In this document: positions 24,425 to 38,877 of the stretch, piece after piece
How positions within the stretch are numbered: the first letter of the stretch is position 1
Layout: the number at the start of each line of letters is the position of its first letter
Source of the DNA: Octopus sinensis
Taxonomy: Eukaryota
Direction of reading: 5' to 3'
NCBI RefSeq assembly: GCF_006345805.1
Contig: NC_043015.1
Coordinates: 52,576,001-52,640,000 of the forward strand
Length of the DNA stretch: 64,000 bases
Made by a program: the position numbers and the translations under genes
The notes under the pieces: model-generated
The model's input: the letters and a program-made list of their open reading frames with translations, nothing else
Told to the model about the DNA's origin: nothing
Databases searched by the model: none

Positions 24425-24655
24425 GGGGTGGTTGGATCTACCCCAATGCCATAGCAATTACCCTCACACCATCTCATCTTGCCCAGTTTTGGGCGCCCTC
24501 CCTTTTCAAACCAACCCTCCCAATCTCCTCCTCCACCTTTTCCTCGGTCTACCTCGCTTTTGCGCTCCATTTACCTCAAATGCAATCACCCTCCTCTAAA
24601 CATGCTCTTCATTCCTCCATACATCATATCTAAGGCTTGGCCTAAGAGCACATGT
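24425..24655 (-). mobile_element. RTE-type LINE C-terminal fragment
   Basis: One minus-strand frame reads EHV*RRVIAFEVNGAQKRGRPRKRW, the RTE pattern HVLRR...FEV.G.RKRGRP.K.W. Confidence 0.65.
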
Positions 24656-25239
24656 TTTTGAAGGACACAGCATATGTATAGTTTTAGCTGTCTATTATAA
24701 TTCTATTGACATCAAGGATATTTATTAGACAAGTACTAAATCAACTGCAGTTGATTTGGTTCATCACAATGGAAGAATGGAAAACGAAGTGGATCTTGAC
24801 AGTATTTCAAATCAGAATGTAAAATTCTGGAACTAAATATTGCAGACAATCTGCCCTATACCGTAACAATGTAGTCAATTCCTCACCTAATGACTTAATC
24901 AACATCAGTATTTGAAATAAACCCTAGGAGTAGGATGTTGCCCCATCACCCAATTTCAGATTAATGAAAATTCAGTTAGGTCAGTTGTAAAAATGAGGCA
25001 GTGTGTGTATGTGTGTGTGTGTGTGTGTGTGCACACACACTTTGGATGATTGATGTTGTTGTTTAGCCCCCAGGTCAACATTAATCAAAGAGATTTATGA
25101 TTAAAGGCATTCCAGCCATGACTAATCCATCTTTTTATGTATATCTAGATCGAAATTGTCCAAAGTTATCGTTGCTGAGAGGTGGTCATAGTTGTTATCT
25201 TTTAGCCATGGATCAACCCTATCAAAGCCATTCTAACCA

Positions 25240-26350
25240 TGACCATCAACAGCTACTGTAGCCGACTACCACCATAGCAAAAGCAATCACAATTACAACA
25301 AAAACTACTGTAACAACAAAAGCAACCCCTAGAGCTGTTGCTGTCAATATAACCACTACCACAATAATCCTGCCACAACAATAAAAACAACAGCTACTCT
25401 GGCCACAATAACTGCAAAAATATCTACCACATACCCTGATAAACAAGCCAGCAATTACTATAGATATCCCACCAGTACCACCACACTGCCTAAACAATCA
25501 CAGCTACTGCCACAATCATCTACTACAAATATCACCACCACTACTATCACTACAGCCACAATCTACCATCGATAGAACCACCCAGTCATCATCACTATGA
25601 ACATCACCACCAAAACAACTACAGCTACCATCACCATTACCACCACCACCACCATTACCACAAGCCATCATCACTATGAAAACCACCACTAAAACAACTA
25701 GAGCTACCACCACCACCAATGCAAACAACTACAGCTATTACCACCACAATCACAATTATCAACACCACCACCACTATCACCACTACAACCACCACTGGCA
25801 GCCATCAGAGCAGCAAAAACCAATTTCCTGAATAGTTATTATTGTCAATGTTAGGTGGACAGATTATGTAATTTGACTCATCTCATGTAATATATTGCTG
25901 CTGTGGTGGTGGTGGTGCATGGTGCAGTGGTGGATATAGCGTTGTAGTGGTGGATGCAATGATGTAGTGATGGTGGTATGATATAAAGTACGGTGTGTGG
26001 TGTAACATTGTATTGGTGGGGGTGTATGGCGTAGTAGTGACGGTAGTGTTATGGTGGTGCAGTGCATGGCTGTAGTAATGGTGTAGTTGAAGCAGTTGTG
26101 GTAGTAGTATTTGCTGTTGTGAATTGTACAGTGGTAGTGGCATAAAAAAAAGGGATGGGTTGTAGTGACGGAGGTGGTGTAGTAATCATCGGAGAGTAAA
26201 GGTGATGGTGCAGTGTATAGTATGGAGTGATGGAGGAGTTATACCATGGTATGGTGATGTAGTACTGTGGCCATGGTGGAGCAATGGCCCGGATAATGTG
26301 GTGATGAACTGATACTGGCTGTGAAGTGGCCATGGTAGTGTATAATGTGA
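25240..26350. repeat. ACC-rich tract (25240-25810) facing a GGT-rich tract (25895-26350)
   Basis: Abrupt compositional switch from C/A to G/T across an ~85-nt spacer; ACAGCTA anchors recur about every 110-140 nt in the left arm. Confidence 0.75.
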
Positions 26351-27760
26351 GGAGGTGGGGAAAATCAGCTGCTACTAGCAAGACCAGTAACTGGTGAGAG
26401 GGTCCCACAATGGCCTAGATGGGACAAGTATGGCCCAGGATGAAAGAGTTGGGTCCAGATTAAAAAGAGCGAGTGGAGCAGGCCAATGTATGTCTGGAAC
26501 CACAACTAATGAGAGTGTGGGAGGTGTAAAAGACATAATATATTAATAGCCATTGCCATGGATGGAAGGGCAAAAAAAGAAAAGAAACTGGGCAGAAGTA
26601 GTATAACAGACATTATTTAACTCTGGGTCAGCTTTGATTCATAATACCCAAGGACCATATGAATATGTCAGCCACAAGCATGTTTTTTTTTTCTTTCTTT
26701 CACTAGTGACAATGATGATGATGGTGGTGATGGTGATGAGTGATGACAATGGCAATATTGATGACTGAAGAGGAGAAACTGGTAGTGATGGTAGTGGTGG
26801 TGGAACTGTGGGAGAAGGATTGTAGTAGAAGTGGTTAGAAAAAGGAGGAGGAGCAATTCAAGGAAGTGAGTAGTGTTGATAGCCATGACAGTAGTAGTAG
26901 TAGCAATAGCATTACTAATAGTGGTAGTAATAGTAGTGGTAATAGCAATGGCAGCAATGAGGATAGCAACAGTTACAAACATCCAGTATTCCTCTCTAGT
27001 CAAACAACCACCCATATATCCAAACCTTCCCCGTTCAAAAAACCTTTTGTCCAAGAGGTAACAATAAGGTGGGGCAAGGAGAGCTAAAAAAAGGAACTGG
27101 TACAGTATTTTTTTTTCTCTCTCTATGTTCCTGCAATCCCATCCATATCCTCACCCTAGGTACTTCCTAAGTAGATTTTGTTTTAGCCTATCTTCCATAT
27201 ATCCTATGCCTGTACTTCTTTTTTCCAATACTGGAACATTCACAGAACATTCCAAAGTAAAGAAGGTGATAGGGAAACGGAGAATATAAACAGCAGAGCA
27301 AAGGGTGAGAGATGAAAAGTGAGAGGGGACCCCACCCCATGTCAAATTAAGAGGATACGTAAAGAAGAGAGAGAATAGAAGTTGTGAAAGAGAAAGTGAA
27401 TTGGTAAAATTTTTACATTAATTATAAGAATCCAACATCTGCAATGCAGGGAGAGTATATATGTATGTCTATATGTGTATGAGTAGTTATATATATATAT
27501 ATATATACATACACACTATTGAAAGATAAACAGGGTCTGTAGAGCAACACTACAAAACCAATGTTAAGTTCACCACATATTGCTTCATAAATTACAAAAA
27601 ATGATTACAACTGTATTGGAAATTAAACGTGTGTGTTAAAGTGGCTCCAGCATGGGTGTGTTCATGTGGCACTGCCATGGGTACTAAACAAGAACTTAGC
27701 TGACAGAGGAAGTGGAGGACTTGGCTGTAAAGGACATACATGCCTGTATGTATGAATGGA

Positions 27761-28575
27761 TGGCCACGATTTTATTTAGCTCAATGAGTCTTCTCAAGTA
27801 CAGCAAGTCGCTAGAAATCTATGCCCCTTGTCATCTCTGTGAAGCCCAATGACTGAAGATCCTTTTTCACCACTTTATCCCATGCGTTAGTGTCTACCCC
27901 TTCCACAGATTCCCTCCACAATTAGAGATTGGTGCATATTTATGCAGCTGTCCTCATCCATACACATAGCACAGTCCTCTCTCTCACAAATGATGCCTCT
28001 TATACCCAATTTTTCTCTTAAATCCATTACACTGTTGTACATGCACACTGACATCACCCCTCCAGCAGAGTATGCTGATTTCATTTCTTTAAAGCCTTTG
28101 CATACCCTCTGTAGTCATAGCCCCATGTTACATTGCTATGTGGCATAACTGTATGTACACAAGCATATCATACAATCTTTTTTCACTCTTAGGGTGAGAA
28201 CCTTTGTTACCAGCAAAGGTAGTAGCTCTCTGAACTTTGTCAAGTCTGTTCTTACTCTAGTAACTATGGTTTCAGAATTTCCTCCTTCACTGCTAATTTG
28301 GCTGCCTAGGTAACAGAAGCTCTCTGGTACTTCTGAGGATTCTCCTGGACATCCGAGGAAGCTTATTCTTTGTACATCTGCTACACACAAAGACTACTTT
28401 CTCTGTAAACCTTCCCATGATACTGCTGCACTTCTTATGTGTCCTAAGCTCATTTTATCATATGCTTCAAGTAAAACATCTCTAAATCTCTGACTATTCA
28501 GAGGATCCTTAAGCTTCCAATTCACAGAATTGCAACATTCTTGAAACTCTTTCCAAGCTTGTATTTTTACCTCTC
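27761..28575 (-). mobile_element. Decayed RTE-clade LINE fragment (RT C-terminal region)
   Basis: ORF pieces VPESFCYLGSQISSEGGNSETIVTRVRTDLTKFRELLPLLVTK and DLREKLGIRGI...MDEDSCI...LIVEGICGRGR match RTE ORF motifs (F.YLG, RGRP); stops and frameshifts present. Confidence 0.85.
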
Positions 28576-29039
28576 AGATATATAATATCAGAAAATGGAA
28601 GTTTGAGCCAAACTTAAATTGAAATACAGTTTACCTGTCTGAGATACAGACATGGCGCTGCCAATTCAGTCTAGAGTATAATAAAATCTAAATGAAGGCA
28701 AAATACAATACGAAAATCACATAAAATAGCCAGAAATAAGATGTCCAAACCAATGATCTGAAATGAATTGCAACATGCTAGTGTTGATTGACGACCAGTT
28801 CATTACTGAAGCATGAATACTGCTTCCAAATATTTAGGGCTTAAATCAAAACACCTCTGACCCACCCACTATTTTCAAATATAGCAGGGAGTTAGTTTAG
28901 TAAGGGAAATTTCACAAGTAAATTGAGCAGGTAGTTGAAGGGATAAAGCAGGTGGCAGAGCTCTTGTTTTACAATGAAAAGATATTCTATGTCAAAACAG
29001 GAGACTGACAAACATGGACATTAGATGGATAAACAATTT

Positions 29040-29280
29040 GATAGGCAGGTAGATAAATAGACAGATAGATACATACAGAGACACATACATACATACAGTC
29101 AGACATAAATAGATAGATCAGTAGATATATTTGTAGATAGATGGATGTATAGAGAGGTAGATAAAGAGATGGAGAGATTAGAAGATAGACAGAGAAAGAG
29201 ATCAAGTAGTAGGTAGATCGAACAATTGGTAGATACATAAGTAAAATAGACAGGCAGATTACACAAATTTGCCAGACAGA
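29040..29280. repeat. Degenerate (GATA/GACA)n tetranucleotide array
   Basis: AGATAAATAGACAGATAGAT... repeated for about 240 bp. Confidence 0.8.
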
Positions 29281-29887
29281 CAAGGAACAAAAAAAAAACA
29301 CAGAAAACAATTGTTGAGCAAGTCATCAGCCTTCCACCAAAAGCTTGAGAGAAATCCTTGTTTGATGTAGTGAATATAGCATGCATGCACAAGTAAAAAA
29401 AAAAAAAAGACAATTAAAAATCAGAAAAAATAACAGGCTTAGCATTAAAAAAAAAACAAACAAAAAATATACAGACATAGCAAAGCAACATTTGAGGATT
29501 AGAATATTAATAATGTACGCACATGTGTAAGTTTGTGTGTGTATGTTTATATATATATATATATCTCCATACATACATACACATACACACACATACATAC
29601 ACACATAAACATTGTGTTAATATATATTGTGAATTTGTAAATCTATTTAGATATAAATATACATATCATGCATGTGACATACACACATACTAATTGTGCA
29701 CTATGCTTGCCTGATATTGTGTGTGTATGTGTTGCGAATAGGTGCATGTGTGTATGAGTAAGGGTGTCTCTAGGGGTGTGCACGTGTTGTCTGTCTATGC
29801 TCATATATATATGTATATATAAATACATACACGTGCACACAAATATGCAAACATGCGAATTTTTACATATGTGTGCATATAATAGAT

Positions 29888-30014
29888 ATACAAAAAGGTT
29901 CAACCTACACAATAGAAATGATATTAAGAATTAAAAGGGTTGAAGAAAAGTAACTTTCCTTCAACCCCTTTAATTCTTGATATCATTCCTATTGTGTAAT
30001 TGGACCTGTTGTAC
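29888..30014. repeat. Long fold-back palindrome (45-bp core arms, 3-nt loop)
   Basis: 29906-29950 versus 29954-29998: 42/45 Watson-Crick pairs, loop TAA; looser pairing extends about 17 bp further outward. Confidence 0.92.
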
Positions 30015-32966
30015 ATATATGTATGTATGTATATATAAAAGTGAACTTTAGGTTAGTTTAAAATATGTTTGTGGCATATATAGACAGATGCATACATACA
30101 CATTTCGAGTGTATGTGTGTGCAACTTATGTGTTTTTGTGCATGTCAGAATATGTATTATGTTTCTAAAATGAATATAAACTTCAGTTTTGTTACTTTAA
30201 TGTGTTCTCTTTCACATTATTTGTTGTTGTTATTATTGTTGTTCTCCATTGTTGAAATAGTAGTAATATAGTAGTAGCTGTTTGTTGTTGGTCCTTATCA
30301 TTTTCTTAGCAGAGATTGAAAGTAAGTAAAAGAATGTGGTTTAACACTAACCAAAACAGGGAATTGTCCGGGGATTACGGTGGGGTACGCCACTGCCTTA
30401 CCGCTGGCCTCATACATCAAAATAAAAAGAAGAGACATGCAAACCAATTAGTACAAGGTGTTGGTGCTAGGAGAGCAGAGAAGAGGGGGTGGTAGGATGA
30501 GGGATATGTGGAAGAAACAAATAAGTGGACAAAGAGGAAAGCAGGAATTGGCCAGGAAGACAGAGAGAGAGAGAGAGAGGAAGAGAGAATGCATACATGT
30601 GTATGTGTGTGTGAGAAAGAGCAAGGCAAAGTGAAATAATAAGTAGAAAGATGTGTGTATGCATACATATATATATAGGTGTCAAAACCATAGTGATATT
30701 TGTGAGGCTCTGATGATGGAGGTATGTTGGATTGTTGGTATGGCTGTTATTGTATATGCGGAATAGTTTTATAACACATCCATTTGATATATATATATAT
30801 ATATATATATATGGAGTTTGGTGATACAAACAGGAAGAGTAGAACTCAAATCATGAGTGTATTTTCTTATTAATAATCGGCAGACATTACAGAGTGACTC
30901 AAGGGTCGAGAGTTTTGTGCATTGCCCAATTATTAAATGTTTGTCAAGTGCCAATGTATGAAACTCTCGGCCCTAAAGTGAATGTCTGACTTCTGCTGAT
31001 TATTATATATATATATATATATATGGTAAACCAGCATCCACTCTCAGATGAAGAACGAGGCAGAACATTTTAAATAGTATGTGTGCGAATGTAAAAGGAG
31101 AGAAGAGGACAAGGAAAAGGAGAGGGAGGGAGAGAGAGAGAAAGATGTTAGAAAAAAAAAGAGAAAAGAGCTGAGGCAGAAGTTAAAGGAGGCATGGTTG
31201 TGTAACAAACAAATTTTAAAAAATAAACAGGCCAAAATGCTCCAGAAGGGCAGGAAATTTTTTTAAAAATCAAGTGCACATGGTTAGATAGCATTGAGTA
31301 CATAACAAGTAGTATGGAAAAAAAGGTAAACAACAAACATACAAACAAAAATGGTGATGAAAATATTTATACTAAATATATTAGCTAATTGTAAAAAAAA
31401 ACATTGACATACATTATAAAGCTAAAGCCATTGGTACACTACATCTGCTATACACATTTCTCTATATACATACATTTACACATACACACACACACACATG
31501 CTGATATATACACACACATATTGCATGGTGGTTTCACATGGCGTGAATTGCAATGAAGCGATAAAAGTACTCAATACTGTTAGATGATGTGGAATAACAT
31601 TATTCAAAGCTGAGTCTGCATGAGTGACTTGGAGTATCTCATCCCCATCTTCAGGCAACATCTATTTGTATGCATGTATGTGTTTGATTATGTATGACCA
31701 TGTGTGTGTGTTAAAGAAATTTTGTACGAATGCAAAGTTTTATTATATATGCTTATGCATGACAGTGTGGATGTCTCTGTTGTGTGTTGGCAAGGACTAC
31801 CAATTTTAAAGTAAAAGGCTCATGTATTGTAACAAAACTCAATGATACCCTCCCAACTTTCCTCTGACACTAACAAAGATGTGTAGTAGTTGTTGTCGTA
31901 ATTATCCAATTGAGCATTTGATGGGGTGTACAAGATATTTAGGTATGGCATTTTTCAATTCCTTGAAACCAAAAAGAAAAAAAAAACATATATATACCCC
32001 TCTCCTCAACACACATTTTCATTACAAGCGCTACACAATAACTACAAGTGTGATGTATGTAAAAACGGACTTTATACGAGAATAACAAAAATGGTAACAT
32101 TAAAAAAGAAAACATCATGCATATATAGATTTGTATACATTTCGATACCTTTTCATACATATACGTAGACACACACATATACATACATATATATACAAAT
32201 AAAATCATTACGTGAGGAATTAATAATTGGAAATAGAAATGAAAACATATGAGTGTGAATTGGAAGAGAAAGTGAGAGTGAGAGAAATGTTGGTGACTCA
32301 GTGTAAAATGGCAAAAGAGAAGAAAAAAAATAGGGATATTTTTGGGAAAAAAAAAAAAAAAAAAAGCAAACACATTAAATAAGAAAAATATTAAAAACAA
32401 CACCAACAGTAAACTTCGAACAGAGTTGGGCATAAAATGCAAGTACGAATTCTTTAACAACAATTAAATAACAAAACAAAACGGGGGAAAAAAAAAAAAA
32501 CATTGGCATGTTTGTGTGGAGTAGAATTCAGAGTTCGGAAACATTGATTAATATAACAGATGACAAAAGAAAGATTGGAGAGAAAAACAAAACGAAAAAA
32601 AAAAAAGAAACAGAACCAGTTGGGGGGGGGGGTAGAGGGTTCAATTTGAGGAGAACAATCATTTCTAATTTAGAAAACCAGAGGGTAAATTTGGGGTTGT
32701 TGGGTCATATAGTTATTAGATAGACTGTTTGTCATTCACTCCACTTCTTGACTGGATAATGATAGGTAAAAATTAACCTGCATCATCCACTGACTGATTT
32801 GAACTTGCAACATATAAATGAAATATTACACACTAATTTTTTCTCTGCCCACCAACTTCCCCTATTTTATTTTGTACAATATATTTTCTCATCACATGCA
32901 GAGAGGGTGGTTTGAACCAGCTAAATCATATAAATTATTGAATAAGCTCTAAGTGTATGTGTGTGC

Positions 32967-33011
<45 letters not shown>

Positions 33012-34089
33012 ATTTTTTATTAACAAGTCGAGAATATATATTTAGAATTACTTAATCATTATATACACCCACTGTAATAAGTCATACACTGATACACAAT
33101 CATGTAATAAAAAACGTCTGATAAGGACATTAAATGGAACACAAACGGAAATAAAAACATGTGTAAAGACACAAGCGCACACAAATATAAAATCTAAATA
33201 CTTAATAAGGAGGAATATAATAATTTCAAAGAAATTAGCTAAACTTATATGGGTATTATATATAACTGGCATAAGCATAGCTATGTAATGAATAATTTCA
33301 AGCTAGAACTATATGGTTGAAGATTCAGTGCCACTGTATGTAAGCTTGTGGCTGATATCCTCTACTGTAATAGTCTGTTGAGCAATACCTTGTGAGAGAA
33401 GTCTGGTAGGCAGGAACTATGTGGGAACGTAGTGAATGTGTGTGTGTGTATGCATGTGTGTGAGACGGAGTGTGTCTTCCCCAGCTCTTGGCATGCAAAC
33501 ACTGACTGCAAAAAATTAGAAAATATTTTTAAAATCACCATTGATACAAATGGTGTCATTTGTCTGCAATCCTTCATGACAGCATGTTGAGGCAGTCTGC
33601 CCTACAATGGGCACGTGGAAATATTATCTTGTCTAGATTCAGGTGAGGGTCATAGAAAAGTATGACCATGCAAACTTGGAGAAGTTCTCATTAGAACAAT
33701 GCCCACTGCTGCTGATTATGATATAATGAGAACCATTAAAAAGAATAACGGATAAAATTACCTTGTTTTTCTTTTTTTTTTGTGGAAGAGATGATGATAA
33801 ATATGAAGTTAATAATGATTAATTCTTTTTGTCTGGCAGAATATTTATCCTTGCTAGAATGTAAGTATAATTTATGCATGAAAAAATTATTAAAATAAAA
33901 GGTTAGTGGCAAAATTGTTAGAGTGTTGTTAAAGTGCACAAAAATAATTTTTCCAGCTCTTTCAACTGAGCATTAACCCTACAAAAATCAACTTTGCCTT
34001 TTGTTCTTCCAAATCCAGTTTTGCTTTCCATGAATCTGAGGATCAATCTTAACAACAAATCCCCTCTTACTGAACTTTGAGCATCATAC

Positions 34090-34470
34090 CTTTTTCAGTC
34101 ATTTGACTGTGGCCATGCTGGAGCACCACCTTTTATTCAAACAAATTGACCCCAGGACTTATTCTTTGTAAGCCTAGTGGTTATTCAATTGGTCTCTTCC
34201 ACCAAACCACTAAGTTACTGGGAGAAAAACATACCAACATTGGTTGTCAAGAGATGGTGGAGGTGGGGCAAACACAGACACAAATACATACATGTGTGTG
34301 TGTGTGTGTATATATATATAGACGAGCTTCTTTCCATTTTCGTCTACTATATCCACTCACAAGGCTTTGATTGGCCCAACACAATAGTAGAAGACAATTG
34401 CCCAAGGTGCCACGCAATGGACTGAACCCAGAACCATATGGTTGGGAAGCAAGCTTCTTACCACAGAACC
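34090..34470 (-). mobile_element. SINE family A, full-length copy
   Basis: Reverse-complement match to 18735-19072 over head, core and tail. Confidence 0.85.
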
Positions 34471-36659
34471 ACCCCGGCACCTTTGTTAGGAATTATTTTA
34501 TATCAGTGTCCTGAGGTCACTGAGTGCCCTCTTTGAAAAGCATTTAGTGTTATAGATGAAATAGTGAACTATTCAAAGGCAAAAATGACCTCCATGGAAT
34601 TTGAACTCAGAATGTAAAGAGAATTTTGTCTAACGTTCTAACAAACTCTGCCAATCCACTGCCTTTCAATGAAAATAATAATAATGTAAAGGCAACAAAA
34701 CACTAATACCATATAAGGAGAAGGAGCATTTTGCAATCATTATGCTAATTATGTTAATTAGAAATCAAACAACAGCAACAACAACAGATAGAATCATAGT
34801 TGAAAACAGAACTTGGAACACTATTTTTTACTGGTAGAATTGATTATTTGTTAATTATCGTCCAATTAATTCTTTGGCAAGAATTTGCCTTTGTGTCTGT
34901 GCATGTGTGTGTGCATGAAAGAGAGAGAGAGAGGGAGGGAGACAGGTGCAGTCATTAAGAAGTTCGTTTTGCTACATTGTAGAAATGTGGCTAAATGTTT
35001 TCTACCATTCTACCACAGACTCGAACTGACTCAAGAACTTAGATATAAAATTGGGTTGATGGAAATTGTATGGGAAGGACATTCAAAAGCCTGTGACAGT
35101 GATACAAAAGGCCAACCCCAAAACTTGTTAATTCTCCAATATATGAGTATATCTCTATATTTCAATTTAATGGAAGCTTAGATTTCCAGAACCATTGATA
35201 ATTTATTTAGTTGCCCAAGCTTACGAGACTTATGAGCAAAACTTTTGCAACCATGACCATCCAACCTAAGACTATATGATTATTTCAAGGTGACAGGATA
35301 TGACTTGAAAGGAATCTGACTACCAATCATAGCATCTCAAGAGACCATGAGAGGTTCACATGATGTGATTGGTAAGGGAAGTGAAGAGTTAGCCATGTAG
35401 CTCTCAGTCCTTCTTTCAGCTTGATATTTGTCAATCTCTATTTGCTGAATCACAAAGCTACAGGACATGAAGAGACAACCATCATAAACAACAAAAATTG
35501 GCATGAACACACACACAGACAGCAATACAAACTGTTTAATTATAGAGAGGCTACATTGTGATACAACACTCTTTTGATCTGTAGCTTCCACATAGCTTCC
35601 ATTGACCTAATTCCACTTGCATGGTACTGGTCAATTCGATGCCTCAGAAGAAGCACTTCTTCAAAGCGCCATGCAGTGGGTTCAAACCAGGAACCATGCA
35701 GTTAAGAAGTGAGCTTCTAAACCAAACAACCAAAACTATGCACACACACACACACACACAGACAAGTAAAAGTAGTGATGGAGAAGGAAGTGGAGTGCTG
35801 TATGCGATGGTGATGATGATGGCACTAGTGGTATGCATGTCTGCAAGCATGCTTCCTGCAAGTCCATCAGGTGTTTTAATATAAGACATATTTAAATGGT
35901 GTGTTACATGTTTATGGCCCACTGTGTACTGACAAATATACACATTTATAGATATATATGTACACACGAACATACATGTGTGTATATGTAGAGAGAGAGG
36001 GAGGGAGGGAGAGAGTGTAAATTAACTACAGCCCTACCCCCTTTCTATATCAAATACCAACATGTTAGGAATGTTATGTCTGGAGTAGGAAGAGATGGAA
36101 AAGAAATAAGGGGACACAAACACACCCAACTAGACATAACTTCACACACACACACACACATCTAAACTGACTCACAAACAGACAGGCAGTACAACTTTCT
36201 CCTATCTCAAAACTCCAAACGAATGGAAAAAGAGAGAGAGAGCTCAGAGAGAAAGGGTGTGGAGGAAGAGGGCAGTGAAAGGCGGGAGATGGGGTGCAAG
36301 AAAGGGAAGGTGGGGATTATTTTTTTTTAAGGAAATTGTGAGCCATGTAGGTAATGAAGCATTACATCAACAGCAATAGCTGGTATCTCACTACCACCAC
36401 CACCACCACCATCAACAACAAAAACAACAACAGCAAAGACAGTAAACTATGTAGCATATTACCTATGGGCAATTTGGTTTGAAGTTAACATCCTCTATGT
36501 GTATTGTGTGTGTGTATATACATACCAATACACAGCATGTAAATATATATGCTAATAAGTGTGTGTTTATATATATCCACATATGTATATATAAACACAC
36601 ATACACAAAGATGATGAGGTTATGTAATTTCAACCCAAATTGCCTATAGGTATTACACA

Positions 36660-36730
<71 letters not shown>

Positions 36731-38877
36731 TCTCACCCACACACCCTTAACAAGCCTGGAAATCTGGGACAGTTTATAAAGACAGTAGAAAAAGGGGAAG
36801 ATTAAACAAATGCCCACCACCATCAGTGTGTTTATGTGAGTGTGAATTTGTGTGTGCCTGTGCACATGTGAATGTGTGTATGTTGTCAACATCATCTACA
36901 TTTTCATTTTAACATTTTTGGGGATGGGATCCAATGGGTTAAGATGGAGGAGAGAGAGAGAGAAGGGGGAAGGACAGAAAGGGAGAAAGAGTGATAGAGA
37001 GAGAATGGTAGACAGGAGAGAAGAGGGAGATATTTATAGAGGGATGGAAGACATACACACAAACACAAGAGATAAATAGAAGAAGTGCACAAGCACTCTC
37101 ACAAGCCCATGTCTTGTAGGCAGACAAAGAAGAGAACGTTTTTATCTGCCATAACTTCAGTGAGACAACAGTTTCTGTGTTTCTATCATACTTGGTTTCC
37201 ATAGAATATATCTCATAATAGGGGAACAATAGAAAGAATGAAAGAAAAGGTTCAGGAGGCCTAGACAGGGGCTAAGTGGTAGTGGTGGTATAAACAACAT
37301 GGTTATATCAGTACTGATAATGGTTGTTGTTGTTGTTATTTGATTAACACCCATTTAATGTATGTAGCCTATTTCTCATTTTTTAAATTTTAAATGATAA
37401 TGTGTGATGTGAGTTGAGGGACATTTGGTTGCTATTTCTAACAAGTTACACAACAATGTATACCTCACCACCAATCAATCATGGTACAGCAGATCTGTAA
37501 CCAAACGCACTCCAATAATGACCATCTAGTCTTTTGCAAGAATTAAATTATAAGATGCGCCCTTTTCTGTATAGGTTTTTAAGACAAAGAGGCAGTAGAG
37601 TTTCCATGGAATTTGGTTGGTGGTATTTGTCATAAATCAAGCAACAGTGCTGTGACATAGCTTCTTGGTTTGCAATGAAAGTATTTAAGATGTTAGTAAA
37701 TAACCCAAGAATCTGAACAAAAAACAGGATAAGTGGAAGAAATGAGGGTGATGGGAGGTCAAGTAAAACAGTGTGGAAACATGATATCAGTGTCATGAAA
37801 GAACTGTGAGGGAACAAACTACTACAAGACATTTAACCACATACTCCACACATACACCACCAGAATACTTAGTACCAAACTTATCTTCAACAGATGAATG
37901 GATAGAAATGGAAGAAGTTATGTGGTATGTTACATTCTAGCTTAGTTGTTGTTATTTAGAGCCAAAGAGGCCTTCCAATGGTTTTTCTTTATTTTTCACC
38001 AGTGACATTGTCATCATCTTCATCGTAAGAACAATATCCAAAATGCCCACTAAAAGGACGAAAGGCAAATGTGACTTTGGCTGGAGTTGAACACACAAAG
38101 TCAGAACAAATACTATGTAACATTTTGCCTGATGCTCTAACAGATCTGCTAATTCTCAACTACATTACACACACACATGCTTATGAATATATGCATGAAT
38201 ATATGCAAACACATATACGCACAAGCAAAGATGTCTGTACACACAAACATCCATTTGCTCTTTCTCTCTTTGTTACATGTGCGCACACACACACACACAC
38301 ATACCATCTGCCCATTAATGACCAAGAGTTATACATAATTGATTATCCAATCAAGGTGTATTTTTCCAGCCAACCCTACCTTGTTTTTCCTTCATCATCA
38401 TTATTATCATCATCAACATCATATCATCATCATCATTATGAAAGAGACAGTGTGGGGTATAATAAAAGTATGGAGGGAAAGGCAGAGACACACAGACAGA
38501 GACATGCAGAAAGTAAGAAAGTGAAGAGACCCAAGAAACTAATTTGAGGAAATGAAAGAAAAGATGAAGTAAAGGGAGCAATTATTATTACTGCTATTAT
38601 TAATAATAATATTATTATTATTATTATATTATTATTATTATCATTATTCTTATTGATCAGATTTATAATGAAAGTCTAGAAAAGATCAATTATCATGATC
38701 ATCATCATCGTCATCAAAAATCGGTATTATTAACATTAATTTTAATATTATTATGTTATAAATCAATACTTTGATGAGAGAAAACAACATATTCACATCA
38801 TCATCATCATTGCTGTTGTTCTTGTGTCAGTGGGGAGGTAGGAAATGTAAATCAGTGGCATGCATGAACTTTCTTCC

